Shown here piece by piece: positions 47,487 to 57,257 of a DNA stretch of 64,000 nt. Under the pieces are notes generated by a model, which was given only the letters and a program-made list of their open reading frames with translations, did no database searches and had not been told where the DNA came from. The stretch is from Spirochaetes bacterium GWE1_32_154. Its GTDB lineage: Bacteria > Spirochaetota > GWE2-31-10. Positions within the stretch are counted from its first letter, which is position 1. Every line of letters starts with the position of its first letter. The stretch lies in NCBI GenBank assembly GCA_001829315.1, contig MIAY01000001.1, positions 136,927-200,926 on the forward strand. The letters are read 5' to 3'. Made by a program: the position numbers and the translations under genes.

Positions 47487-48116
47487 ATGATAAATAGAGA
47501 GTTTAACGGTAAAACAGAGGATGAGGCTATAGAATTAGCTTTAGAAACTTTAAAGCTGGGAAAAAACCAAGTTCAAATTAAAACTGAAAATAAATCAGGT
47601 TTTTTAGGTTTTGGAAAAAAAGAAGTTTCAATTAAAGTGTCTTTTGAAGAAGATTTGTTATTTGGTAACAGATGTTTAATGTTAGTAAAAAATTTACTTG
47701 AAAAAATGGATGTTGATGCTAAAATTTATCTTCTTGAAGAAGATGATGAAAGAGTTGTTATTGAAATTGAATCTCCGGAATCAGCAATAATAATAGGTAA
47801 AAAAGGTAAAAATTTAGAGTCTATTCAAACGATCATTAATGTAATAATGAATAAGAATTTTAAAACGTGGACAAAAGTTATAATTGATATAGGCAATTAT
47901 AGAATGAGACGAGAGAGAAACCTTAAAAAAATAGCTATAGATATAGCAAGACAAGTAAAAGATGACAAAAAACCAGTCTTTCTAGAACCAATGAATCCAT
48001 TCGAAAGAAGAATTATTCATATGGCTTTAAAAGATTTTGATGATATTGAAACAATATCAGAAGGTGATGGAAATATAAAAAGAATTAAAGTAGTTTACCA
48101 GCAGGGTAAGGTGTAA
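47487..48116 (+). CDS. jag: Jag/KhpB RNA-binding protein (Jag_N, KH, R3H domains)
   Basis: Position after yidC. C-terminal R3H motif region (LEPMNPFERRIIHMAL) and KH-like GKKGKNLESIQ. Confidence 0.8.
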   Translation: MINREFNGKTEDEAIELALETLKLGKNQVQIKTENKSGFLGFGKKEVSIKVSFEEDLLFGNRCLMLVKNLLEKMDVDAKIYLLEEDDERVVIEIESPESAIIIGKKGKNLESIQTIINVIMNKNFKTWTKVIIDIGNYRMRRERNLKKIAIDIARQVKDDKKPVFLEPMNPFERRIIHMALKDFDDIETISEGDGNIKRIKVVYQQGKV

Positions 48117-48118
48117 TT

Positions 48119-48784
48119 TTGGAAAATTTATTTTTAAATAATAAAGAAAAAATAACATCGTTATCTTTTTTTAATAATAATATTAATAATTTATTAAGTA
48201 ATTTAAAAATAGATTTTTATAGATTAGATATTTTTGAAATATCTAATCTATTTGGAAAAAATGATATAAAGCAGATAAAGCCTGAAGATTTTATTTTTAT
48301 CGCTAAAAATTTTAATAATTCTATACCTTTGTTTATCGATATTCCTATTTCATTATTATATAGTGATACTATTTCTGATTTAATTAATTTTTATAATGAA
48401 ACAAATGCAACTGGTTTATCCATAGATATAAAATATTCAGAAACCAATATTGTAAAACAATTAAAATTTGAAAACATACCGGTTATAGGTTATTCAAATA
48501 ATTCTAATATTAAATTTGATAAAATAAAAGATTATTCTCTTGAGTTTCAATCCCAAGGCGGTAACGCCATAATATTTGAAAATTTTAATGATTCAATTAT
48601 TGAATCATTAAAATCATTTTTAATGATATCTGTAATATCAGATAATTTTTGTAAAAATGATGGTATATATGGAAAAATATCTGATATAATTGGGTTGTCA
48701 GATAAAAATAAAAGAATGTTAAATTTTAATGAATTATTTATTGAAACAATTAAAGATTTTAATTTTCAGTGTAAGAAAAAATGA
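48119..48784 (+). CDS. Hypothetical protein (apparent TTG start) inserted between jag and radA
   Basis: 221-aa ORF, Asn/Ile-rich, with no recognised motif. It overlaps radA by 4 nt. Confidence 0.3.
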   Translation: MENLFLNNKEKITSLSFFNNNINNLLSNLKIDFYRLDIFEISNLFGKNDIKQIKPEDFIFIAKNFNNSIPLFIDIPISLLYSDTISDLINFYNETNATGLSIDIKYSETNIVKQLKFENIPVIGYSNNSNIKFDKIKDYSLEFQSQGGNAIIFENFNDSIIESLKSFLMISVISDNFCKNDGIYGKISDIIGLSDKNKRMLNFNELFIETIKDFNFQCKKK

Positions 48785-50100
48785 AATTAAAAAAAAGATT
48801 TGTTTGTAAAGAATGTGGCTGTGTTTCTAATTCATGGCTTGGAAAATGTCCTGAGTGTAATAGTTGGAGTTCTTTTATAGAAGAAATAATAGAAGAACGA
48901 TCAAAAAAAAACGAAATATCATCAAATTTAATTAAACCAGTAAAAATCCAGGAAATTCAAACATCAATAAATGATGTTATTAAATTAAATGAAGAAAATT
49001 TGAATATTTTTTTTGGTGAAGGTTTAATTATTGGATCTATTATATTATTAGCTGGTGAGCCAGGAATAGGAAAGTCTACTTTTTTGTTTTTTCTATCAAA
49101 TTATATTGAAAGAAATAGAAAAGTTTTTTATTTTTCAGGTGAAGAATCATCTGTTCAAATAAAAAAAAGATTTGACAGGGTTGGTCACGATGATTCATCT
49201 GTTTTTGTTTCAAATATTTCTGATATCAATTCAATTATTGAATTGTGTAAAAATGATAAACCCTCATTTCTTTTTATTGACTCAATTCAGACTACATATT
49301 CAACAGATGTTGATTCAGGACCTGGAACCATATCTCAAATAAAAAAATGCACACAACTTCTTGTTGAGTTTGCTAAAACTACGGGTATTATAATCATTAT
49401 CGTTTGTCATATTACAAAATCAGGTGAAATTGCCGGACCAAAAATAATGGAGCACATGGTTGATGTAGTTACCTATTTTGAAAGTGATTTTAAAAATCAA
49501 TTTAGAGTCTTAAGATCAAAAAAAAATCGATTTGGTAATATAGATGAAATTTTGTTTTTCGAAATGGAATCGAAAGGGCTTCAATTAATAACCAACCCAT
49601 CAACATTTTTTATAGAAAATGAATCTATTGAAAAATTTAATGGAAAATGTAAAACTGTAATTATTGAAGGTAAAAGACCTTTAATGATTGATATTGAAGC
49701 ATTAGTTGTACCATCTTCATATCCAAATCCAAGAAGGTTTTCAGAAGGTGTTGAACTATCAAGATTAAACAGAATTGTTGCTATAATAGATAAACATTTA
49801 AATGAAAATCTAAATAATTATGATATTTATTTGAATATTGCAGGTGGAATTAAAACTTCAGATGTTGGAATAGATTTAGCAATCGCTTCTGCAATTTTTT
49901 CATCGAAGAATAAAATTGAAATAAAATCGTCAACTGTTTTTATTGGTGAATTATCGTTAACTGGCCAGGTAAAAAAAGTTTATAAAATTGAAAATAGAAT
50001 AAAAGAATCTGAAAAATTCGGATGTTATACAATTTATTCTCCTAATGATGGGGAAAATAAAATAAAAGATATCACTTTTATAAAAGAAATAGTACTATGA
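48781..50100 (+). CDS. radA: DNA repair protein RadA/Sms
   Basis: N-terminal zinc finger CKECG...CPECNSW, Walker A GEPGIGKST, KNRFG motif, and a Lon-protease-like C-domain. Confidence 0.9.
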   Translation: MKLKKRFVCKECGCVSNSWLGKCPECNSWSSFIEEIIEERSKKNEISSNLIKPVKIQEIQTSINDVIKLNEENLNIFFGEGLIIGSIILLAGEPGIGKSTFLFFLSNYIERNRKVFYFSGEESSVQIKKRFDRVGHDDSSVFVSNISDINSIIELCKNDKPSFLFIDSIQTTYSTDVDSGPGTISQIKKCTQLLVEFAKTTGIIIIIVCHITKSGEIAGPKIMEHMVDVVTYFESDFKNQFRVLRSKKNRFGNIDEILFFEMESKGLQLITNPSTFFIENESIEKFNGKCKTVIIEGKRPLMIDIEALVVPSSYPNPRRFSEGVELSRLNRIVAIIDKHLNENLNNYDIYLNIAGGIKTSDVGIDLAIASAIFSSKNKIEIKSSTVFIGELSLTGQVKKVYKIENRIKESEKFGCYTIYSPNDGENKIKDITFIKEIVL

Positions 50101-51104
50101 AAAAGATTAATTATATTGTATGTTTTTTGTTTCTTCTTTTTGTTGCTTTTTCTAATCCTGTAATAATAGGTATTGCAGAACCATATATTTTTAATAAAAC
50201 AAATGGAACATTGTTTATACAAAATAATATCATTTTTGAATTATTAACTTTATTAAAAAGTGATCAATTTGAATTTAGTTCTATTTCAACAAGTGCTTCA
50301 TCTTTAAATAATTATAGAATTAATAATATTCAATATGCTATATCAAATAATTTTGATTACCTATTACTTATTGAAACTTATTCTATTAGTAATAAAATTT
50401 TCATGCATATTAAATTGATTGATCCATATACAAATCAAAATATTTTTATCAAAAATTTTAATATTGAATTTGATATAAAAGTTAATGAAGCTATTGGAAT
50501 TATATCGAGTAATATAATTTATGAACTTTCTAATTTGACATTAAAAATAAAGCAAAAAAAAAATATTGTTGATGTTAATAAAGAAGAAAAAAAAGATATA
50601 AAGAATAATGATATAATAAGTGATTTATTAATCATGTTAAATAATTATCCAAAAAATGAAATATTTTTTATGAATGGTTTTTTTAAAAATAATTCTGAGG
50701 TTTTTTCTTTATTCAATTTATATACCGGTTATTCAAGATATATATCAGATGGTTTCTTTTTTGATGTTGGATTTTTTGGAGGATTTGGTACAATATCAAA
50801 TGAATTTAGTTTTGAATCATCATATTTTAATGATGCTTTTGTTGGTATGTTCTCTGGTTTACATTTTTACATTAAAGGTATTATTGAACCAAATTTGGGT
50901 GCAAGACTGGAGTTAACTTATACAAGTAGAAATAATGTTTCCTTATCTATTCCTATTGATTTAGGAATAAAATTTTTTATTTATAAAAAAAATATTATAA
51001 GAATAAATACATCATTTCCATTAAATAGTTATGATATTTTAAACAATAAATGGGAAAAAAAAATTTCACTAGGTATAATGGTTGGGTATGGTTTTAAAAT
51101 TTAA
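50097..51104 (+). CDS. Exported hypothetical protein with a C-terminal beta-rich region (possible OM protein)
   Basis: Signal peptide MKKINYIVCFLFLLFVAFS. An N-domain of about 150 aa, then Gly/Phe/Tyr-rich alternating segments. Confidence 0.35.
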   Translation: MKKINYIVCFLFLLFVAFSNPVIIGIAEPYIFNKTNGTLFIQNNIIFELLTLLKSDQFEFSSISTSASSLNNYRINNIQYAISNNFDYLLLIETYSISNKIFMHIKLIDPYTNQNIFIKNFNIEFDIKVNEAIGIISSNIIYELSNLTLKIKQKKNIVDVNKEEKKDIKNNDIISDLLIMLNNYPKNEIFFMNGFFKNNSEVFSLFNLYTGYSRYISDGFFFDVGFFGGFGTISNEFSFESSYFNDAFVGMFSGLHFYIKGIIEPNLGARLELTYTSRNNVSLSIPIDLGIKFFIYKKNIIRINTSFPLNSYDILNNKWEKKISLGIMVGYGFKI

Positions 51105-52143
51105 ATATATTTTTATAATACAATTATTTATTTTTTCATTTCTACATCCCAATAGAATTGCTATATTTTATGAAAATCTTAATACCCTTAATACTGATAA
51201 TTCGAGGTATATATTATATATAATAAATATTATTGAAGAAAATAGTAATAAAGAAGTCTCTTTTCATTTAATTCGTGATCAAGTAATTATTCTTGAAACA
51301 AAAAAGATGGTTAGTTTTATAAATAATAATAATTTTGAAGCTTTTATTATTATTAATGAAAATATTTCTATATTAGAATTATTATTATTTGACAATAAAG
51401 GTAATACTATTGGAAGTAAATCTTTTTCTTTAAATTTTGTAAAAGAAGAGAATTTTAATAGTGAAATAAAAAAAATAACTGATGATATTTTTAATTTTAT
51501 AACAATTAATTATATTAATAAAAAAAAACAAAATGATAATGTTAATGATACAATTAATTTTCATAAAACAAAAAATAAACTTAAATTCGAATTTCCTAAT
51601 GTTAATTTTGGAATATCTGGTGTTTCATATAAAATATTTAACGATAAAAGATCCAATATTTTTTCTATATTCCCAATTAATTTGTTATTTTCTTTTTATC
51701 CTCATTCAAATATTGAAACAGGTCTGTTTTTTAGATTTTCATATAATAGCAGTATAGCATTATATAGGAATGTTGGAGAAAATTCGTATAATCAAAAATT
51801 AATATATTTTGATATAGAATATGGTTTTTTTATAGGATTTTCATCAATTTTTGAACAAACAATTTTTTCAATAGGTTTTTCATTTTTTAATAAAACATTT
51901 TTTTTGGAAGAAAATGATCCTTTTAAAATAAAAAATAATTTGAATAATTATTTTTTGCCAGAAATATCTTTATATCAAAAAATAAATGTTCGGTTGATCA
52001 ATAATATTTATTATACAGTTTTTATTAATATTAAATCTGCTCAAATATATGAATATTCAAATCCATATTTTTATGGAAATTTTTTTGACTACAATTTATT
52101 AGTTTTAGAACTATCTTTTTTTGGTGTTTCTGTAATTTTTTGA
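51082..52143 (+). CDS. Exported hypothetical protein, similar architecture to the upstream gene; ends in a C-terminal Phe
   Basis: Hydrophobic N-terminus, then alternating aromatic beta-like segments. The C-terminal ...GVSVIF is typical of OM beta-barrels. Confidence 0.35.
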   Translation: MGMVLKFKYIFIIQLFIFSFLHPNRIAIFYENLNTLNTDNSRYILYIINIIEENSNKEVSFHLIRDQVIILETKKMVSFINNNNFEAFIIINENISILELLLFDNKGNTIGSKSFSLNFVKEENFNSEIKKITDDIFNFITINYINKKKQNDNVNDTINFHKTKNKLKFEFPNVNFGISGVSYKIFNDKRSNIFSIFPINLLFSFYPHSNIETGLFFRFSYNSSIALYRNVGENSYNQKLIYFDIEYGFFIGFSSIFEQTIFSIGFSFFNKTFFLEENDPFKIKNNLNNYFLPEISLYQKINVRLINNIYYTVFINIKSAQIYEYSNPYFYGNFFDYNLLVLELSFFGVSVIF

Positions 52144-52198
52144 AAATCACCATTGATTTAATTCATAAAGAATATTAGAATAAAATATAGGATTATAT

Positions 52199-52534
52199 AT
52201 GAATATTGTATTTCTTGATGATGAGGATTTTTTATTTCCATTGATTAAAAGATATTTTTCAATGCTTAATATTGATAGGTTTCTTTGCACAACTTCTCCA
52301 ATTGATGCCTATAATTTTATTATTAACGAAAATTGCAATTATTTATTAATTGATTATAATATGCCGGATATACCAGATATTAACAAATATGTAAAAACTA
52401 TACCATCGAACATTAAAATTGTTATAGTCTCTGGTGAAGATAATTCTTTTATCGAAGATAATATACAATTTATTTATAAATTTTTAAAAAAACCTTTTGT
52501 AATAGATGATTTGAAGAAAATATTAGAACAATAA
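52199..52534 (+). CDS. Stand-alone response-regulator receiver (CheY-like) domain protein
   Basis: 111 aa with acidic N-terminus FLDDED and phospho-acceptor-like LLIDYNMPD. Confidence 0.5.
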   Translation: MNIVFLDDEDFLFPLIKRYFSMLNIDRFLCTTSPIDAYNFIINENCNYLLIDYNMPDIPDINKYVKTIPSNIKIVIVSGEDNSFIEDNIQFIYKFLKKPFVIDDLKKILEQ

Positions 52535-52548
52535 AAATGGGGTGTTTT

Positions 52549-53247
52549 ATGAATAAAAAGAAAATATTTGTAATTGATGATGATAAGAAATTGACTGAAA
52601 TAATTCAAAAGTATTTCAGTCAATATGAATTTGATGTCGTTGTAAGCAACGATGGAAAAAATATTGAAGAAACTTTGCAGTATGAAAAACCAGATATTAT
52701 ATTATTAGATGTTATGTTACCAAACAAAAGTGGTTTTGATATATTAAAGGATTTACAAAAAGTAATTGATATACCAATTATTATGTTAACTGCTAAAGGT
52801 GATGAAATTGATAAAGTTATTGGTTTGGAATTAGGTGCAGATGATTATGTTACAAAACCTTTTTCAATTCGAGAATTAGGTGCTAGGATCAGGAGTGTTT
52901 TAAGAAGGGCTTTAAATTCACCTGTTGATTATTCTCAAAGAAAAGAACTTATTTATGGTCAATTAATTATTAATCCTGATAAAAGAGTTCTTATTATTGA
53001 TGATAATGAAATGGAATTGACAAAGACTGAGTTCGAAATATTATATTTATTAGCGTCAAATACTGATAAAACATTTTCAAGAGAGGAACTTTTAAAAGTA
53101 ATTTCTGATAGAAGTTATGAAAGTTTTGACAGATCAGTTGATATGCATATAAGTCATTTACGAACAAAATTGAAAAAACAGAAAAATGAAATATGTACTA
53201 TAAGAACTGTATGGGGTGCAGGGTATAGATTTGAAATTAGTAAATAG
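52549..53247 (+). CDS. OmpR-family two-component response regulator
   Basis: Receiver domain (IFVIDDD...LLDVMLP) plus a winged-helix output (TVWGAGYRFE). The ATG at 52549 is preceded by GGGGTG. Confidence 0.85.
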   Translation: MNKKKIFVIDDDKKLTEIIQKYFSQYEFDVVVSNDGKNIEETLQYEKPDIILLDVMLPNKSGFDILKDLQKVIDIPIIMLTAKGDEIDKVIGLELGADDYVTKPFSIRELGARIRSVLRRALNSPVDYSQRKELIYGQLIINPDKRVLIIDDNEMELTKTEFEILYLLASNTDKTFSREELLKVISDRSYESFDRSVDMHISHLRTKLKKQKNEICTIRTVWGAGYRFEISK

Positions 53248-53254
53248 AAATCAA

Positions 53255-54613
53255 ATGACTTTAAGAAAAAAGTTTATTGGTTTATTCTGTTTTTTATTAT
53301 TACTGCATATTTTTTTTACAACATTATCATCATATTTTATTTTTCAAAAATTATTAGATTCTGAAATGAGTGTCATTGATTTTAAAACTACAATGTTAAA
53401 GAGTCAAATTGAAAGATATTATGAAGAAAAATCTGATATATATAAATTACCCGAATTAAATCAACTTGATTTTGAAAAAAAAGAAGATTCTTCTATTATT
53501 AAAGAAAATATTGAAAAAAATTTTCCTGGTATGGAGTTTTCTTTAAAAACAATTCAAGGAACGGTACAATATAAAGAAGATCCTAAATTAGTATATAATA
53601 AAGAAACTAAAGATTATTCGTTTCAAATAAAAAGAGAAATTAAATTTGAAAAGAATTTACCATTTAATTCATTGGAGTTATCAATAAAATTGAATTTTTA
53701 TAAGATAATTTTGCAAAGTTTATTATCAGGTTTTTTTTTAGCAGCATTATTGATATTTCCTTTATTGGTTTTGTATGTTAATAAAATGATTAAGCCAATA
53801 ATTAGTATATCAAGAGCTTCAAAAAAAATAGCTTCAGGTGATCTTGGAATTCAAGTAAATCATAAGTCTGAAGATGAAATTGGAGTATTGTCTGAATCTT
53901 TTAATTTTATGTCCAATGAATTATTTAAAATGAAAGCAATTAGAGATGATTTATTAGCAACGATAAGTCATGAGTTAAGGTCACCGCTTGGAAGAATTAG
54001 AGGATATACTGAATTATTATTAGATATTCAACTAGATGATTTAGAAAAAAAAATATATTATAAATCAATTTTACAAGAAGTAGATTTATTAAATAGTATG
54101 GCAACTGAAATTATTGAAGTATCAAGATTAGAACTCAACAGCGAAAAACTTTTTTTAGAAAAAATTGATATGGGCTTTTTCTTTGATATATTACAAGATG
54201 ATTTAAATATTTTAACAAAAACTAAAAATGTAAATATAGTATATAAATTTGATTATGGAATAATATGTGAAATAGATGTTGAAAAATTTAGACGTGTAAT
54301 AGTAAATATTATTCAAAATGCAATTAATGCAAAATCAACATTAATTCGACTTGAATCACAAATTATCAATAATATTTTTATTATTACTATAATTGATAAT
54401 GGTGTAGGATTAAATCAGGATTATTTTGATTTGGTTTTTGAAAAGTTTTATAGAGTAGATAAATCTCGTGATAGGGAAACAGGTGGTTTTGGATTAGGTT
54501 TAGCAATTTGTAAAGGTATAATAAAAGAACATAAAGGAAAGATTTATTTTTCTCCGGTAGAAACTGGCTCGAAAATTGTTATTGAATTAAATATATCAGA
54601 TAAATTATCATAA
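53255..54613 (+). CDS. Sensor histidine kinase (two TM helices, HAMP, HisKA, HATPase_c)
   Basis: H-box ISHELRSPL. N, G1 and G2 boxes in the C-terminus (IIDNGVGL, GGFGLGL). Confidence 0.85.
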   Translation: MTLRKKFIGLFCFLLLLHIFFTTLSSYFIFQKLLDSEMSVIDFKTTMLKSQIERYYEEKSDIYKLPELNQLDFEKKEDSSIIKENIEKNFPGMEFSLKTIQGTVQYKEDPKLVYNKETKDYSFQIKREIKFEKNLPFNSLELSIKLNFYKIILQSLLSGFFLAALLIFPLLVLYVNKMIKPIISISRASKKIASGDLGIQVNHKSEDEIGVLSESFNFMSNELFKMKAIRDDLLATISHELRSPLGRIRGYTELLLDIQLDDLEKKIYYKSILQEVDLLNSMATEIIEVSRLELNSEKLFLEKIDMGFFFDILQDDLNILTKTKNVNIVYKFDYGIICEIDVEKFRRVIVNIIQNAINAKSTLIRLESQIINNIFIITIIDNGVGLNQDYFDLVFEKFYRVDKSRDRETGGFGLGLAICKGIIKEHKGKIYFSPVETGSKIVIELNISDKLS

Positions 54614-55198
54614 ATATTGTTTTGTTAAAATTGCTTTTGTTAAAGTTAGTTTGTCAGAATACTCTAAACTACCACCCATAGGAATTCCTGTAGCTAATTT
54701 TGAAATTTTTATTGATGGTGATAGTGAGTTGATTATATTTTTTAAATATAGAAATGTTGCCTCGCCTTCAATCGTTGGGTTTGTTGCTATTAAAATTTCA
54801 GAAAAAGACTCTTTTGTTATTCTTGATTTTAGTTCATTTATTTTTAATTTTTCAGGTCCAAAACCAGATAATGGATTTATAGCACCCATTAATATATGAT
54901 AAATTCCATCAAATGACCCAGTTTCTTCGATTGCATTCATATCATTTTGTTCTTCAACAATACATAATTTATTTTTATTTCTTTTTTCATTAGAACAAAG
55001 ATCACATATATTTTTGATAGTGTATTGTCCGCAAAGCTCACATTGCTTAATGTTTATTATAACATCACTTAAAATTGTTAACAAATTTCCTGATATATCT
55101 TTATTTTTTAATAAAAAAAAAGTTAATCGAGATGCGGATTTCTTTCCGATACCAGGAAGTTTACTTAATGCAGTTATTAAATCATTAATATCAAACAT
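54608..55198 (-). CDS. recR: Recombination protein RecR
   Basis: HhH N-terminus (ALSKLPGIGKKSASRL), C4 zinc finger (CELCGQ...CDLC), and a Toprim domain. Confidence 0.9.
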   Translation of the reverse strand: MFDINDLITALSKLPGIGKKSASRLTFFLLKNKDISGNLLTILSDVIINIKQCELCGQYTIKNICDLCSNEKRNKNKLCIVEEQNDMNAIEETGSFDGIYHILMGAINPLSGFGPEKLKINELKSRITKESFSEILIATNPTIEGEATFLYLKNIINSLSPSIKISKLATGIPMGGSLEYSDKLTLTKAILTKQYL

Positions 55199-55500
55199 TA
55201 CATAATTCCAGGTAATAATAAACCAGACACTTGTGATTTTACCTTTTCTCTTATTTGATCCGATGCTGAATTATAAGCAGCAATAATTAAATCTTTAAAT
55301 GTATTTAAATCTTCTTTAATAAATTGATTATCTTCATACTCAATATTGAGAATTTTATAATGACCATTTAAAGTTACCTTAACAAAACCACCACCAGATT
55401 CACCGATTGCAGTAATGTTATCTAATTTTTCAGATAGATCCTGAGTTTGTTTTTTTAAATCATCAATATTTAGATTTTTTAATAAATCAAATGGATTCAT
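55198..55500 (-). CDS. ybaB: Nucleoid-associated protein YbaB/EbfC
   Basis: 100 aa, GGGFVKVTLNGHYKILNIEYE, located between dnaX and recR. Confidence 0.85.
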   Translation of the reverse strand: MNPFDLLKNLNIDDLKKQTQDLSEKLDNITAIGESGGGFVKVTLNGHYKILNIEYEDNQFIKEDLNTFKDLIIAAYNSASDQIREKVKSQVSGLLLPGIM

Positions 55501-55516
55501 ATATTTTCCTTTGGTG

Positions 55517-57094
55517 TTAATTAATTTCTATTCCATTAAATATAGACACTATACTTTCTTTATTTATAATTGAATTGTTTTTTTTTGTTTTACTTTCTAA
55601 TTCTTGATTTAATTTAGCTTTTATTACAAAAGAGTGACCTAGTAAAATATTTATTTCTTTAGTGAGTAATTGAATGTTTTTTTGTATTAAATCGTAAAAC
55701 ATTTCTCTATTGAGATGTAATGTTATCGTGAAGCCATCTTCTTCTATAAGGATAACATTTTGAATTGCTTTATGTAATTCAAAATCTTTATCAACTAGAA
55801 TTTCAATAAGTGTTTTAAGTAAATCACTTTTATCTGCTTCCAAAATGATTTTTTGTTTAGAATGTGTCTTATTTTCAGTAGGTATGCTTTTTTGATTAAC
55901 TGTATTTGGAATTAAATCAAATTTTTTTTTTTCAATAGAAATATTTGATTTGTTAGTAAGGGAATCTTGTAAAGAAGCAAGTTGTCGTAATATTTGTTTA
56001 GGTCTTATGAAATCTTTATATTTGGATATTTTTAATAAAAATATCTCTAATTCTGTTTTAAAATCTATTGAATATCTTGCTTTTTCATATGTTAAAAAAG
56101 AAATTTCTATAATATTTTCAATATCATCTGTTGTAAATAACGATAAAATAGTATCACTGTAAAAAACGGGATCAAAATCAATTTCTTTTTTAAGTGAAAT
56201 ATTAGATTTTATTAAAAGAAGATTTCTAAAGTATTTTATTAACTCAATAAGAAGTTGTTCAGAAGATATACCGTTTTCTAAAATATGATTTAAATTAGAA
56301 AAAATTGATCCGATGTTTTTTTCAATTATTGATTCAACAAGTAAAGAAATTTTTTCTTCACCTGCTATACCTAATTTATTTTGTATTTTTTTTAAAGTAA
56401 TTTCATTAGAGCAAAATGAAATAATTTGATCTAATAATGTATATGAATCCCTCATAGATCCATTACCCTCAGAGGCAATCCATTTTATAGCTTCTGGGTC
56501 ATAAGAAATTTGTTTATCTTTAAGTACTAATTCAAGGTTTTTATAAATTAATTCTGAAGGGATTAAACGTAAATTAAATTGCTGACATCTTGATTTTATT
56601 GTAGCGGGTACTTCATTTATCTCAGTTGTTGCAAAAATAAAGACAACCTTTTCCGGTGGTTCTTCAATAGTTTTTAATAAAGCATTAAATGCATTTCGTG
56701 ATAACATATGTACTTCATCGATTATGTAAACTTTATATCTTGATGTAACTGGAGGATATTGTATTTCTTCTTGAATTATTTTTATATCATTAATACTTGT
56801 ATTTGATGCCCCGTCAATTTCAATAACATCACCATTATTCCCAGCAGTTATGCTTATGCAAAATTGACATTTATTACAAGGTGTCCCTGTTGGACCTTTT
56901 TCGCAATTTAATCCTTTTGCAAGTAAACGAGCTGTTGTTGTTTTTCCAACTCCACGGGGACCGCTTAATAGAAAAGCATTTGCTATTGTTTTGTTTTCCA
57001 AAGAATTTTTTAAAGCGGCCGTAACAAATTCTTGACCTTCTAAAGTCTCAAAGGATTGTGGTCTATATTTTGTAGCTGTGACTTCATGGGCCAT
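55517..57094 (-). CDS. dnaX: DNA polymerase III subunits gamma/tau
   Basis: Walker A GPRGVGKTT, zinc module (CNKCQFC), and the canonical dnaX-ybaB-recR synteny. Confidence 0.9.
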   Translation of the reverse strand: MAHEVTATKYRPQSFETLEGQEFVTAALKNSLENKTIANAFLLSGPRGVGKTTTARLLAKGLNCEKGPTGTPCNKCQFCISITAGNNGDVIEIDGASNTSINDIKIIQEEIQYPPVTSRYKVYIIDEVHMLSRNAFNALLKTIEEPPEKVVFIFATTEINEVPATIKSRCQQFNLRLIPSELIYKNLELVLKDKQISYDPEAIKWIASEGNGSMRDSYTLLDQIISFCSNEITLKKIQNKLGIAGEEKISLLVESIIEKNIGSIFSNLNHILENGISSEQLLIELIKYFRNLLLIKSNISLKKEIDFDPVFYSDTILSLFTTDDIENIIEISFLTYEKARYSIDFKTELEIFLLKISKYKDFIRPKQILRQLASLQDSLTNKSNISIEKKKFDLIPNTVNQKSIPTENKTHSKQKIILEADKSDLLKTLIEILVDKDFELHKAIQNVILIEEDGFTITLHLNREMFYDLIQKNIQLLTKEINILLGHSFVIKAKLNQELESKTKKNNSIINKESIVSIFNGIEIN

Positions 57095-57121
57095 ATAGTT
57101 TTTCCTGTGAGTTATATATTA

Positions 57122-57253
57122 TAAAAAACCCCTTTAGCTATCTTCAAGTAATCTATAAGCTTTAATTCAATTCATACCGTTGCTACCTTCCGGTTCTGGC
57201 GGGGTTAGAGTCTTCATAATCAAATAGTACCCGAAGGTCAACGCTAAAGAGGT
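57122..57253 (-). ncRNA. ffs: Signal recognition particle RNA (4.5S/ffs) candidate immediately upstream of dnaX
   Basis: Conserved position (ffs-dnaX-ybaB-recR). Domain-IV-like CCGGAAGGUAGCAAC with a GGAA tetraloop. The 5' ACCUCUUUAGC...CUUCGGGUA pairs with the 3' UACUUGAAG...GCUAAAGGGG. Ends in a U-run. Confidence 0.5.
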
Positions 57254-57257
57254 AATG

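Noticed and set aside
50674-50916. 80-aa plus-strand ORF inside the 50097-51104 gene
   Set aside because: It is an alternate frame within a longer ORF and gives a hydrophobic low-complexity peptide.
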